This document shows, piece after piece, positions 46,620 to 55,731 of a DNA stretch of 64,000 bases (position 1 is its first letter; every line of letters begins with the position of its first letter). A model generated the notes under the pieces. The model searched no databases. It was not told the DNA's origin and saw only the letters and a program-made list of their open reading frames with translations. This DNA comes from an uncultured Acidobacteriota bacterium (lineage in GTDB: Bacteria > Acidobacteriota > Terriglobia > Terriglobales > Acidobacteriaceae), in NCBI GenBank assembly GCA_963832365.1, contig CAWHUL010000030.1, forward strand, positions 85,222 to 149,221, given 5' to 3'. Both the position numbers and the translations under genes were made by a program.

Positions 46620-47279
46620 CTACCAGCGCAAAAGAATCCGGCTCTGCCCGCCGCTGTTGTATACGCTGGCCAACTGGAGCTGGTCAAGGCGCTCCAGCAG
46701 CACGTCGGCATCGCTCAGCTCCGGCGGTGAGTAAGTGGTGGGGATGGCAAAGGCTGTCATTCCCGCCCGGTGCGCGGCCTCAACTCCAGAAGGAGCGTCC
46801 TCGATGACGACGCAATCCCGCGGGCGCAGGCCGAGCAACTCGGCGCCACGCAAAAAAGGTGCTGGGTCCGGCTTTCCGAGCCGCACCTCGTCGGCTGAAA
46901 CCAGCTTTTCCGGGACCGGCAAGCCGGCCAGCCGCAGGCGCTTGGTGGCCAGCCTGCGGGTTCCGGAGGTGACCACTGTCCAGGACGCCGAAGGCAGTGC
47001 CGCCAGCAGTCGGGCCGCTCCCTCGAAGACGACCAGCCCGTCGGTATCGTCCAACTCCCGTCGTTCGAGTTCCACCAGCTCTGCCGCGCTGTCCAGATGC
47101 GGAGCAACCAGTTGAACCGTTTCGATGGCGCGCCGTCCGTGGGCAAGTTTGACGATCTCCACCGGATCATAGCCGTGTTCGATGGCCCAGCCACGCCACA
47201 CCCGCGTCACGCCGGGGGTCGAATCCACCAGCACGCCGTCCAGATCAAACAACACCCCGCCGCATTCGATGCTTCCCAT
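46620..47279 (-). CDS. HAD-family hydrolase (beta-phosphoglucomutase-like subfamily)
   Basis: 219 aa. Motif I LFDLDGVLVDS and motif IV VVIEDAPSG. Confidence 0.8.
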   Translation of the reverse strand: MGSIECGGVLFDLDGVLVDSTPGVTRVWRGWAIEHGYDPVEIVKLAHGRRAIETVQLVAPHLDSAAELVELERRELDDTDGLVVFEGAARLLAALPSASWTVVTSGTRRLATKRLRLAGLPVPEKLVSADEVRLGKPDPAPFLRGAELLGLRPRDCVVIEDAPSGVEAAHRAGMTAFAIPTTYSPPELSDADVLLERLDQLQLASVYNSGGQSRILLRW

Positions 47280-47403
47280 GTGGTTAACTCGTTTCCCCGA
47301 TTGCGCCGGAAATCTGCCGCATATCGAAGGCGCAAATTAATTCTAGTTGGTTCCATGCGCTTCTAGCTTGGCGCGGTCGCGTAACCGAGGTATTCTCGCC
47401 TTT

Positions 47404-48651
47404 ATGACATCGCTCGCGTTATCCGAATTGCTCGGGCAGCCCGTTTTCGACGCCGTCGGCGCCAAGGTGGGCCGTGTGCGCGAAGTGGCGATCGTCCCGC
47501 AGGAGGACTCGACCCACGTTGCGCTGCTGGTGGTGCGCACCGGGAGCGGCGACCGCCTGTTGGCAACGCGTCAGGTGCAGTCCATCAATGGCGGGATTCG
47601 CAGCTCGGTCTCTCCGACCGAGTGGGCCGCCTTTAGCGGTTCCGAGGGCATGCTGCTGATGGACCGAGATTTGCTCGATCAGCAGATCATCGACGTGCAC
47701 GGCCGCAAGGTGGTGCGCGTCAACGACGTTGAGCTGCAACCGCAAGCGCGGGACGACGGCGGCATTCAGCTTAGGATCGGCTCGGTCGATGTCGGTGCCC
47801 GCGGTGCCGTCCGGCGGCTGCTGAGTGGCATTGTGCCTTCGGCGGCTCTTCGCACCCTGGTCGAAAAGATTCCGCCCCGGCCTATCCCTTGGGAATTCGT
47901 CAGCCTGATTGAAACCGATCCGGCGCGCCGTGTGCACCTGAAGATCGCTTCCGATCGTTTGGCTAAGCTGCATCCGGCGGATCTGGCCGACATTATTGAA
48001 GAACTTTCCCCATCTGAGCGCGAGGCAGTTTTCCAGTCTCTCCCCGAAGGAGCCGCGGCGGAGATGCTGGAAGAGGTCGATCCCAAACTTCAGGTCTCGC
48101 TCGTCAACTCGCTGGCCTCGGAGCGCGCCGCGGACATCGTCGAGGAGATGGACCCCGATGCGGCTGCCGATCTGCTCGGCGACCTCTCGCCCGAGCGCTC
48201 TGAAGAAATTCTCCACGAGATGCAGCCCGAAGAGCGGCAGGAAGTGGAGGATCTGCTCGAATTCGAGGAGGATACTGCTGCCGGGCGCATGACCACCGAC
48301 TATATGGCGTTGAGTCCGGCCGCCAAGGTCAGCGATGCCATCGAGATGCTGCGCAAATTCGAGGGCGGCCTCGAAAGCATGAGCACCATTTACCTGATTG
48401 GAGATGGCGAAAAGCTGCTGGGCGCGGTTCCGCTGGTCAAACTGGTGCTGGCGCCGCATGATACCGCGCTTTCGTCGCTGACGGTCGATCCGCTCATTTC
48501 GGTCCATCCCGGAGCAGACGAGCACGAGGTCGCCGAAATCTTCGACAAATACAATCTGCTGACCCTGCCCGTGGTGGACGAGGAAAGCGGCGCGCTGACC
48601 GGCGTGATCACCGCTGACGATGTCATCAGCATTCTGCGGGCAAAGCTGTAG
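47404..48651 (+). CDS. soluble PRC-barrel / MgtE N-domain / CBS-pair protein (no transmembrane domain)
   Basis: Start at ATG 47404. N-terminal PRC-barrel-like repeats (LLGQPVFDAVGAKVGRVREVAI; LLDQQIIDVHGRKVVRVNDVEL), acidic MgtE_N helices (LHPADLADIIEELSPSEREAVF...DPDAAADLLGDL...) and a CBS pair (...LLTLPVVDEESGALTGVITADDV). The protein ends directly after the CBS pair. Confidence 0.8.
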   Translation: MTSLALSELLGQPVFDAVGAKVGRVREVAIVPQEDSTHVALLVVRTGSGDRLLATRQVQSINGGIRSSVSPTEWAAFSGSEGMLLMDRDLLDQQIIDVHGRKVVRVNDVELQPQARDDGGIQLRIGSVDVGARGAVRRLLSGIVPSAALRTLVEKIPPRPIPWEFVSLIETDPARRVHLKIASDRLAKLHPADLADIIEELSPSEREAVFQSLPEGAAAEMLEEVDPKLQVSLVNSLASERAADIVEEMDPDAAADLLGDLSPERSEEILHEMQPEERQEVEDLLEFEEDTAAGRMTTDYMALSPAAKVSDAIEMLRKFEGGLESMSTIYLIGDGEKLLGAVPLVKLVLAPHDTALSSLTVDPLISVHPGADEHEVAEIFDKYNLLTLPVVDEESGALTGVITADDVISILRAKL

Positions 48652-48736
48652 GTGGTTCCGATCAAGTGGCGACACGCTCTGGTTGCGTTTTTGCGCCGTT
48701 CCAACAACTTGTCACGGAAATTCGCAATATCGCACT

Positions 48737-48912
48737 GTGTCATTCTGAACGACCGTAGGGAGTGAAGAATCCCTACGCGGCATAGGGCTGATGCGGAGCC
48801 GAAGGATTTTGCCAAGAACCTCAAGCGGCGTGGTGCGGGACAGTCCCCTGGGGATGCTTCGCTACTCCACCCCAACACGCGCAACTACGGCGCCGGCTCG
48901 CTCAGCATGACA
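48737..48912. repeat. MITE-like unit with GTCATTCTGA... / ...TCAGCATGAC inverted termini
   Basis: GTGTCATTCTGAACGACCGTAGGGAGTGAAGAATCCCTACG ... GGCTCGCTCAGCATGACA. Confidence 0.7.
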
Positions 48913-49069
48913 TCCTAAGTGATGTACAAATTTTCGTAGCCCTGAATTGATAACAGCCGAGCGGGATCTTCGCTGAAAACTTATTCTTCGAACTTTCTTC
49001 CCAAAAGTGCAGCGGCACCAGTTATTCTGACCTTGCCCTCTCCGGGCAAATCCCTCAAAGCATGGACTC

Positions 49070-50320
49070 ATGCACGGGCTAAGACGCTGGAAGACACAAC
49101 TGCTGATAATCCTTGCCGTAGTCGGGCCTGGATTCATTACTGCCAACGTCGACAATGATGCCGGCGGCATCTACACCTATTCCGCCGCCGGAGCCCAATT
49201 CGGCTACTCGCTGCTTTGGACCATGATTCCCATGACCGTGGCGCTGGTGGTGGTGCAGGAGATGTGCGCCCGTATGGGAGCGGTCACGGGCAAAGGGCTG
49301 AGCGATCTGATCCGTGAGGAGTTCGGTCTCCGCATCACCTTTCTGATGATGGTGGGGCTCATCATCTGCAACTTCGGCAACGTGGTGGCCGAATTTGCCG
49401 GAATCGCCAGCAGCCTGGAACTGTTTCACGTCTCGCGCTTCGTCAGCGTTCCGCTTGCGGCCCTCTTTGTTTGGTTGCTGGTGGTGAAGGGCGATTACAA
49501 GAGCGTGGAAAAGGTGTTTCTGGCCGCGTCGTTCTTCTATTTTGCGTACATCATTGCCGGCGTGATTGCTGGTCCCGCTTGGCGGGAAGCGCTCGTCGCC
49601 ACCGTGAAACCTCCTCACCCGGCCGACCTGAAGAATTCGAACTACGTGTATATGGTCATCGCCGTGGTGGGAACGACGATTGCTCCCTGGATGCAGTTTT
49701 ACCTGCAAGCGTCGGTGGTGGAGAAAGGAATCGAAGAGCGCCACTACGCGGCATCGCGCATCGACGTAATCGTGGGATGTTTTTTTACCGACATCGTTGC
49801 TTGGTTCATTGTGGTGGCCTGCGCCGCCACGCTGTTCGCGCATGGCTACCGCGACGTCAAGGATGGCGCCGACGCCGCTCAGGCACTGCGGCCGCTGGCG
49901 GGCGATTACGCCTATTTGTTGTTCGCTGCGGGGTTGTTCAACGCATCGCTGTTCGCGGCCTCCATTTTGCCCATCTCGACGGCCTATACCGTGTGCGAAG
50001 CGCTGGGTTTTGAATCGGGCGTGGATAAGAAGTTCAGCGAGGCTCCGGTATTCTACTGGCTTTACACGATCCTGCTTGTGGCGGGCGGCGCGGTGATCCT
50101 GCTGCCGAACATTCCGCTGGTTAAGATCAGCATTCTCTCCCAGGTGGTCAACGGCATTGTGCTCCCGTTTGTTCTGATTGCCATGCTGCTGCTCATCAAC
50201 AAACGGGAGTTAATGGGCAAGCACGTCAATTCGCGCGCCTTCAATATCGTCGCCTGGGCGACAGCCATAATCATGATCGTGCTTACCATCATGCTGCTGG
50301 TAAACACGCTGCGTGGCTGA
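49070..50320 (+). CDS. Nramp (SLC11) family transporter with non-canonical metal-site motifs (NRMT-like)
   Basis: 416 aa, about 11 TM helices. The TM1 motif reads GPGFITANVDNDAGGIYTYS (DAGG where canonical Nramp has DPGN). The TM6 motif reads VGTTIAPWMQFYLQ (T..AP-W where the canonical motif is A..MP-H). Confidence 0.85.
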   Translation: MHGLRRWKTQLLIILAVVGPGFITANVDNDAGGIYTYSAAGAQFGYSLLWTMIPMTVALVVVQEMCARMGAVTGKGLSDLIREEFGLRITFLMMVGLIICNFGNVVAEFAGIASSLELFHVSRFVSVPLAALFVWLLVVKGDYKSVEKVFLAASFFYFAYIIAGVIAGPAWREALVATVKPPHPADLKNSNYVYMVIAVVGTTIAPWMQFYLQASVVEKGIEERHYAASRIDVIVGCFFTDIVAWFIVVACAATLFAHGYRDVKDGADAAQALRPLAGDYAYLLFAAGLFNASLFAASILPISTAYTVCEALGFESGVDKKFSEAPVFYWLYTILLVAGGAVILLPNIPLVKISILSQVVNGIVLPFVLIAMLLLINKRELMGKHVNSRAFNIVAWATAIIMIVLTIMLLVNTLRG

Positions 50321-50324
50321 TGGG

Positions 50325-50786
50325 CTACTCAGGCTTCTGAGAAAGTATCTTGATCTTTCCCGCCGCCAGCTCCTGCACGAAGCGCCGGTCGGCCTCAAGG
50401 AAGTCGTACTGCGGCAGCTTCTCCAGTGCTTCCCATCGGATGTCTTCGAAAATGTTATTGCTCAATTTGCCGGAGTACCGTTCGACCAGAAAGAAGTGCA
50501 GCTCGAACTCGCTGTCCTCGTGATAGCGATGGCACAAGCTCGCCACTCCCCGTCCGATCTCGGCATTGATGCCGAGCTCTTCCTGCAATTCGCGCTTTAG
50601 AGCCGCCTCGCGGGTCTCGCCGGCTTCAATCTTGCCGCCGGGAAACTCCCATTTGAGCGGCTGCGCTTGATCCTTGGTGCGCTGGCAGATCAGCACTTGC
50701 CCGCCGCGGACAAGCAGTGCCGCAACGACCTGCTTCCTGATATTTCGTTGGTTGGATTCCATCATGGGCCGGGAATTCTCTGCCAT
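50325..50786 (-). CDS. Nudix hydrolase (MutT-like)
   Basis: 153 aa with Nudix box GGKIEAGETREAALKRELQEELGI. Confidence 0.85.
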   Translation of the reverse strand: MAENSRPMMESNQRNIRKQVVAALLVRGGQVLICQRTKDQAQPLKWEFPGGKIEAGETREAALKRELQEELGINAEIGRGVASLCHRYHEDSEFELHFFLVERYSGKLSNNIFEDIRWEALEKLPQYDFLEADRRFVQELAAGKIKILSQKPE

Positions 50787-50836
50787 TAAAGTGTTTCAAC
50801 GTCTCCAACAGTATGTCATGGAGACCTATCGCCGAT

Positions 50837-50985
50837 GGTGCCCCACGTTCGCCGTCGCCACGCTAATGGGTTTCCTAACCCAATAGATTAGACTTGTCAT
50901 GGCGAGCGAAGTCGAGCCACCTTTTGTTTCTGCCGCCGTCAGGTGGCCCACATTTGCTGCAGTTAGCTAATGTGGGGCTCGAAGG
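50837..50985. repeat. extragenic repeat cluster (three family units)
   Basis: GGTGCCCCACGTTCGCCGTCGCCACGCTAATGGGTTTCC; TGTCATGGCGAGCGAAGTCGAGCCACCTTTTGTTTCTGCCGCC; GGCCCACATTTGCTGCAGTTAGCTAATGTGGGGC. Confidence 0.75.
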
Positions 50986-51068
50986 GGAGATAGCTTCTAA
51001 GTCCTAACGCCGCGCTGTTAGAATTTCAGCGGTCCTGCACGAGCTCACCAGCAGCCGCAGCCGATCTA

Positions 51069-51437
51069 ATGTACTCAAAGTTAGTGTTGGAACATTTCGA
51101 ACACCCGCGAAACGGCGGCGAGCTACCGGACGCCAATGCCGTCGCACGACTTGACAACCCGATGTGCGGCGACGTGCTGGAGATGAGCCTGCGGCTTGTT
51201 GACGGCGTGATCGCCGAAGCGCGCTTCCGTGCCAAAGGGTGCGTGCCCACCATCGCCTGCGCCTCGCGTCTCACCGAGATGGTGCAGGGCCTCACGGTAG
51301 CCGGCGCGCTCGCCATCCGCCGCGATGCGATCATCGATTCGCTGGATGGCCTGCCCCCTGCTTCGCACCATGCTGCACAGTTGGCAATTGATGCGCTGCG
51401 AGCCTCGATTGCGGACGGCAAGGCAATAATAGTTTGA
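51069..51437 (+). CDS. IscU/NifU-N-like iron-sulfur cluster scaffold protein
   Basis: 122 aa. Conserved NPMCGD, a second Cys in AKGCVP and a third in IACAS-region context. Confidence 0.8.
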   Translation: MYSKLVLEHFEHPRNGGELPDANAVARLDNPMCGDVLEMSLRLVDGVIAEARFRAKGCVPTIACASRLTEMVQGLTVAGALAIRRDAIIDSLDGLPPASHHAAQLAIDALRASIADGKAIIV

Positions 51438-51438
51438 A

Positions 51439-51596
51439 GTGTCATTCTGAGTGAGCGCAGCGAGCGAAGTTGAGGCGACTAGGCGGCGTATGAGCCGCCT
51501 GCCGAAATCCTGAGCGAAGCGAAGGAACTCGGAAGCTCAAAGTGGCGCGGGCTGGAACAGATTACTGGGATGCCTCGCTGCGCTCAGCATGACATC
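51439..51596. repeat. MITE-like unit of the GTCAT(T/C)CTGAG family
   Basis: GTGTCATTCTGAGTGAGCGCAGCGAGCGAAGTTGAGG ... CCTGAGCGAAGCGAAGGAACTCGG ... CTCGCTGCGCTCAGCATGACATC. Confidence 0.75.
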
Positions 51597-51629
51597 CTAA
51601 GTTATGTCAGAAACTCTTGGGACAGGACT

Positions 51630-52340
51630 CTAACTTCGCAGCGGTTGATACACCGTCCAGCCGCGTTCGCGCGCGATCTTCTCCAGGTCGGGGTTGGGAT
51701 TGATGGCGAACGGGTGTGGCGTCATCTCCAGCATGGCAAGGTCGTGCATGGAGTTGCCGAAGACGGCGTCAACTTCGCTTCCGATCAGCTCCTGAATTGC
51801 GGTTGCCTTCAGCTCATCGGTGGGGACCCGCACCAGGCGGCCGGTGGCGCAAAGGTTTTCGATCTCGACGCAAGCGGCAATCACGCGCTCCCGAGGAATG
51901 GCGAAGCTCGGCATCGCTTCTTCAATCGCCCAGTTGTTAGTCGAGGAGACTGCCCACACCTTGCAGCCGGCGGCTGTCAGTCGATGCGTGAGTTCCAGCA
52001 TTTCAGGGAAGATCCGCGGCTCAATCACGGTGCGAAAGAGTTCGGCGGCCAGGGCTCGAATGTCCTTCTCGGCAACCCCTTCGTGAATGGTGACCATTTC
52101 GCCGCAGATCGAGAGCTCGTCGACCGTACCGGCCTTATATTCCTCGTAGCGCGCCAGAATCCGCTTGGCGGCAGCGGGCGAAATCAGGCCGCGCTCAATT
52201 TCGTAGAAGAAAAAGTCCGCTCCCACGTCGCCCGACCAAAGCGTGCCGTCGCAATCAAAGACAGCGTGACGCGGCTTGAGTGCCAGAACATTGTCGACGA
52301 ACTTCCGGGCAGAGTCGGTCAGGGGACGGGCAGACTGCAT
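51630..52340 (-). CDS. HAD-IB family hydrolase (phosphoserine phosphatase-like)
   Basis: 236 aa with motif I FDCDGTLWSGD. Confidence 0.7.
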   Translation of the reverse strand: MQSARPLTDSARKFVDNVLALKPRHAVFDCDGTLWSGDVGADFFFYEIERGLISPAAAKRILARYEEYKAGTVDELSICGEMVTIHEGVAEKDIRALAAELFRTVIEPRIFPEMLELTHRLTAAGCKVWAVSSTNNWAIEEAMPSFAIPRERVIAACVEIENLCATGRLVRVPTDELKATAIQELIGSEVDAVFGNSMHDLAMLEMTPHPFAINPNPDLEKIARERGWTVYQPLRS

Positions 52341-52360
52341 CTTCTCTCCAAAGGTTAGGG

Positions 52361-52999
52361 TCAGGGCTTATCTTTATCCACGGCGAGGCGGTCATAGTCT
52401 TCCTGCGTGTCGATACTCGTAATGACCCGCGCATCTTCCACCGGAACATAGCTGATGTGTGTCGCATTCGCGTGAAGGATATCGCGTGCCGTGGCCGTCA
52501 ATTGGGCGCGCAAAAGCTTCTCAATCATCTCGCGCGCCAGCAGGATCGGGTGTCCGTGGTGTTCGTCGTGCTCTGGTATCACCGCCCAGAAGCTTTGATC
52601 CAGCGCTCCCAGAAAAGCCGAATGAAGATGATTCATTGTCGCGGACTGGACAGGTGGCCGGTCAACCAGCGCGACGATCGCCGAATCGCGTCCGCGCCCC
52701 AGCACTTCCTTCAGGCCGAGCCTTAGTGAGCTGAACTGGCCAAGTTCCGGAGCCCGGTTCTCCACCAGAAACCCGCCGATGGAGTACACGATCGGCTCCA
52801 GGTTATGGCTGTTCGCGCCACCCACCACAATCACCATGTCTGTATGCGGTCGCAACAATTCAATCCAAGCGCCCAGCAAGGTATTGCGCAGGCCGCCGGG
52901 GTGGCCGACCGGCCACGGTAGCAGAGCTTTGTCGCGACCCATCCGCGAAGATGCGCCAGCCGCCAGTATGATGCCGCATAGACTTGGTGAACGCGTCAT
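52361..52999 (-). CDS. MobA/MocA-like nucleotidyltransferase (molybdenum cofactor nucleotidylation)
   Basis: 212 aa with N-terminal GIILAAGASSRMGRDKALLPW. Confidence 0.7.
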   Translation of the reverse strand: MTRSPSLCGIILAAGASSRMGRDKALLPWPVGHPGGLRNTLLGAWIELLRPHTDMVIVVGGANSHNLEPIVYSIGGFLVENRAPELGQFSSLRLGLKEVLGRGRDSAIVALVDRPPVQSATMNHLHSAFLGALDQSFWAVIPEHDEHHGHPILLAREMIEKLLRAQLTATARDILHANATHISYVPVEDARVITSIDTQEDYDRLAVDKDKP

Positions 53000-53074
53000 G
53001 AGCGAACGATAGCAGACGATGAAGGAGTTGTCAGTGTCTAGCTCCGGCTAAACCCGTATGGGCGGCGAGCAAGG

Positions 53075-53908
53075 TCAGGGCCGGCTGTCAGTCGTGGCTT
53101 TCGGAAGCTCCTGAACAGATTTGCTCTTCCCGGCGACAGACACATTGCGGCGCACCGCAATCATCTCGGCGACGATGGCGACCGCGATTTCCTCCGGCGT
53201 GGTTGCGCCAATGTCGAGACCAATCGGCGCGTGCACCCGCTCGAACAGCTCGCGCTCCATGCCTTGTTTTGCCAGCTCATCGTAAATGGTGAGCACCTTG
53301 CGCCGCGAGCCAATCATGCCTACATAACGCGCGGAAGTCTTGACGGCCCAGCCCAACACGCGCATGTCGTCACGGTGTCCGCGGGTGACAATGACCACAA
53401 AGCTCGATTGCGAAGGTCGCAGCGTGGCTGTGGCGGCCTCGAAATCGGCGGCAATCACTTGGCCGGCTTCGGAAAATCGCTCCTGGTTGGCAAAGCTTTC
53501 GCGGTCGTCGATAACCGTGACTTCGAAACCGGCGAGGCGCGCCACTTTGCAGACGCTCAGCGCTATGTGTCCGCCACCGAAGATGAACAGCTCGGCTGGT
53601 GGAATCACCGGTTCGACAAAAACCTCCAGCGTGCCGCCGCAGACCAGGCCGGTGTTGTAGCTGGGGTCGTTATTCAGATCGAACGTCAGCGAACGGGGTT
53701 TTTCCTCTTTCATCACTTCACGGGCCGCCTGCCAGACTTCGGCCTCGACGCAGCCGCCTCCAATCGTGCCCAGAGACGAGCCGTCGTCGCGCACCAGCAT
53801 TTTGGCGGTACGGAACGATGGAATCGAGCCGCGGGCATTGATGATTGTCGCCAGCGCTGCGCGACGTCCCGCCTTTCGCAAGGCCACGATCTCTTCGTAG
53901 ATGTCCAT
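53075..53908 (-). CDS. XdhC/CoxI-family accessory protein
   Basis: 277 aa. An XdhC N-domain pattern (ATIINARGSIPSFRTAKMLV) plus Rossmann-like LFIFGGGHIA. Confidence 0.8.
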   Translation of the reverse strand: MDIYEEIVALRKAGRRAALATIINARGSIPSFRTAKMLVRDDGSSLGTIGGGCVEAEVWQAAREVMKEEKPRSLTFDLNNDPSYNTGLVCGGTLEVFVEPVIPPAELFIFGGGHIALSVCKVARLAGFEVTVIDDRESFANQERFSEAGQVIAADFEAATATLRPSQSSFVVIVTRGHRDDMRVLGWAVKTSARYVGMIGSRRKVLTIYDELAKQGMERELFERVHAPIGLDIGATTPEEIAVAIVAEMIAVRRNVSVAGKSKSVQELPKATTDSRP

Positions 53909-54001
53909 TTCATGGAATTATTGCCTGAGCAGGCGCCGAACACAAGCACCGCTTTCGAAGGCTACCGCAGCGTCTCTGGCCGGTGCGTTGGCATCCAATA
54001 A

Positions 54002-54631
54002 GTGAGCTTGTACAATAGGAGCGCCATGGAAGGCACTGAAGCTAAAGGCGGCCTGACCGGAACCCCAGGCGGCACCGAGCGGTCAGATAATCTGGCCGGC
54101 GATCCGCAGAGCCCACTGCGTATTGAGCGGCTTGCGTTCGGAGGCAGCTCGGAACAGGAAGGCGTGGTGCTCACCACGATGGACAGGGCCGTGAACTGGG
54201 TTCGCAAGAACTCGATTTGGCCCATGACCTTCGGCTTGGCCTGCTGTGCCATCGAGATGATGTCGATGGGAGCATCGCGTTTTGACATCGCGCGCTTTGG
54301 CGCGGAGGTTTTCCGCCCTTCGCCGCGGCAATCGGATCTGATGATCATCGCCGGGCGCGTCTCACAGAAAATGGCGCCGGTCATCCGGCAGCTCTATCTG
54401 CAGATGCCCGAGCCTAAATGGGTAATTTCCATGGGCGCGTGCGCCACCTCCGGCGGAGTGTTCAATAATTACGCGCTGGTGCAGGGCGTCAACCAGTGGA
54501 TACCAGTTGACGTTTACGTACCGGGATGCCCGCCGCGTCCGGAGCAGCTAATCTACGCAATTACTCTGCTGCAAAATAAGATTCAGAACGAAGCCGGATC
54601 CTTCAAGCGGGCGCTGAACCTTGCCGAGTAG
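54002..54631 (+). CDS. nuoB: NADH-quinone oxidoreductase subunit B-like protein (isolated gene)
   Basis: 209 aa. N2-cluster ligand motifs [18 protein letters not shown] and VPGCPPRPE. About 55-aa N-terminal extension. No other nuo genes are adjacent. Confidence 0.8.
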   Translation: MSLYNRSAMEGTEAKGGLTGTPGGTERSDNLAGDPQSPLRIERLAFGGSSEQEGVVLTTMDRAVNWVRKNSIWPMTFGLACCAIEMMSMGASRFDIARFGAEVFRPSPRQSDLMIIAGRVSQKMAPVIRQLYLQMPEPKWVISMGACATSGGVFNNYALVQGVNQWIPVDVYVPGCPPRPEQLIYAITLLQNKIQNEAGSFKRALNLAE

Positions 54632-54648
54632 GTAACTTGGACGCGCTT

Positions 54649-55209
54649 CTAGTCGACCTTCCGCATTTTTATCCGCAATGGACTGCTTCGGGAGCTGCTG
54701 AAATCTCCCTTCATCATGTTGGGCTCATGCGAGTTAAGCACGAAGGTATACGTGAAACGGCCACTCGAGTTGTCGTGGGCGCGATAGGTTTCGTCAGAGG
54801 ACCCAGTGACTGTGTGGGACTCTCTCAACCAGCCCGGCCTGAGCTTGGGCGTGTAGAACTCCAGTTTCGCTTTTCCAGCCGAATACTTGACCTTGGCGCT
54901 CCGCACCCTTACCCAATTTGGACCACAATGGCAAGTTCCCCGGCTGGTGTTATAGTCCCCCCACGCGAAGATAACCTGGGCGGAATCTTTATCGACTTTT
55001 TCGACATACAGTACAGAGTCCCATCGTGAATTCCACTGGCCGGCCCACTTCCCGACCAGCGATTTGACCTCAGCCGGAAGGGTTGGGTCAGGGGCTTCAA
55101 TACTCACACCGGGAGGCACCGGGGCAGGGGCCTGTGGAGAGGAACTAAAGCAAAGGCATACCGCCGTCAAAAGTGTGCCTAAGGCAAACCAGCGGACTAT
55201 CTTTGACAT
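54649..55209 (-). CDS. hypothetical secreted/lipoprotein
   Basis: Start at the internal ATG 55209 after GGAGGT. Signal peptide MSKIVRWFALGTLLTAVCLCFSS. No recognised domain. Confidence 0.45.
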   Translation of the reverse strand: MSKIVRWFALGTLLTAVCLCFSSSPQAPAPVPPGVSIEAPDPTLPAEVKSLVGKWAGQWNSRWDSVLYVEKVDKDSAQVIFAWGDYNTSRGTCHCGPNWVRVRSAKVKYSAGKAKLEFYTPKLRPGWLRESHTVTGSSDETYRAHDNSSGRFTYTFVLNSHEPNMMKGDFSSSRSSPLRIKMRKVD

Positions 55210-55267
55210 ATCACCTCCAGCAGGACTTACCCCACGGTACCCGAGCATTCACTGCAAAGCCATTTAA

Positions 55268-55330
55268 GTGTCACTCTTGCCATTAACTAACGAGAGTCCA
55301 CGACAGGACTGCAAGATTGCCCATGAATGA
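55268..55330 (+). repeat. direct repeat copy 1 (GTGTCACTCTTGCCATTAAC ... CAAGATTGCCCATGAATGA)
   Basis: The 20-nt and 19-nt blocks are identical to those at 55732-55774. Here they are separated by 24 nt, compared with 4 nt in copy 2. Confidence 0.8.
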
Positions 55331-55401
55331 TAGAGCCTTGAGCCTTCGGGGGTAAAATCATGAGATTAGCCTTCATTGCTAAGCGCCGAAGGGGAACAAC
55401 G

Positions 55402-55715
55402 ATGCGGTGGTACCACTACGTGGCATATTTCTTCGGGGGCGCATTTCTTGCAACACCCTGCCCCATCTCGGTAATGGAATCTCAGGGCATGCCTTCCAGA
55501 GCCCCTTCGCATCACCGCCTGGAGTCGGCTTGTCCTCCTCGATGGTCAATGTCCTGTGGGGATTTTTCAACCTTGCCATTGGCTACCTTCTCGTCTGTCG
55601 TGTCGGCGCCTTTGATCTGCGCAGGACCCGTCACGTGCTCGCCCTGGGTGCGGGCATCCTGATCATATCGCTCATGCTTGCCCACGGATTTGGTCGCTTC
55701 CACGGAGGACTGTGA
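55402..55715 (+). pseudogene. small hydrophobic membrane protein, frame broken near 55452
   Basis: MRWYHYVAYFFGGAFLA (frame of 55360) continues as NTLPHLGNGISGHAFQSPFASPPGVGLSSSMVNVLWGFFNLAIGYLLV... (frame of 55407). One A appears to be missing in GCAACACC. Confidence 0.5.
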
Positions 55716-55731
55716 CTATGCCTTTCCCTCG

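Noticed and set aside
47419-48675. 418-aa ORF on the minus strand
   Set aside because: It is antisense to the PRC/MgtE_N/CBS gene, whose domain text is clear. Shadow ORF.
48652-49069. Mg2+ riboswitch (M-box) upstream of the Nramp-like gene
   Set aside because: I looked for M-box-like conserved segments. I saw only a GTCAT-family repeat unit and no recognisable riboswitch core. A covariance-model scan would be needed to exclude one.
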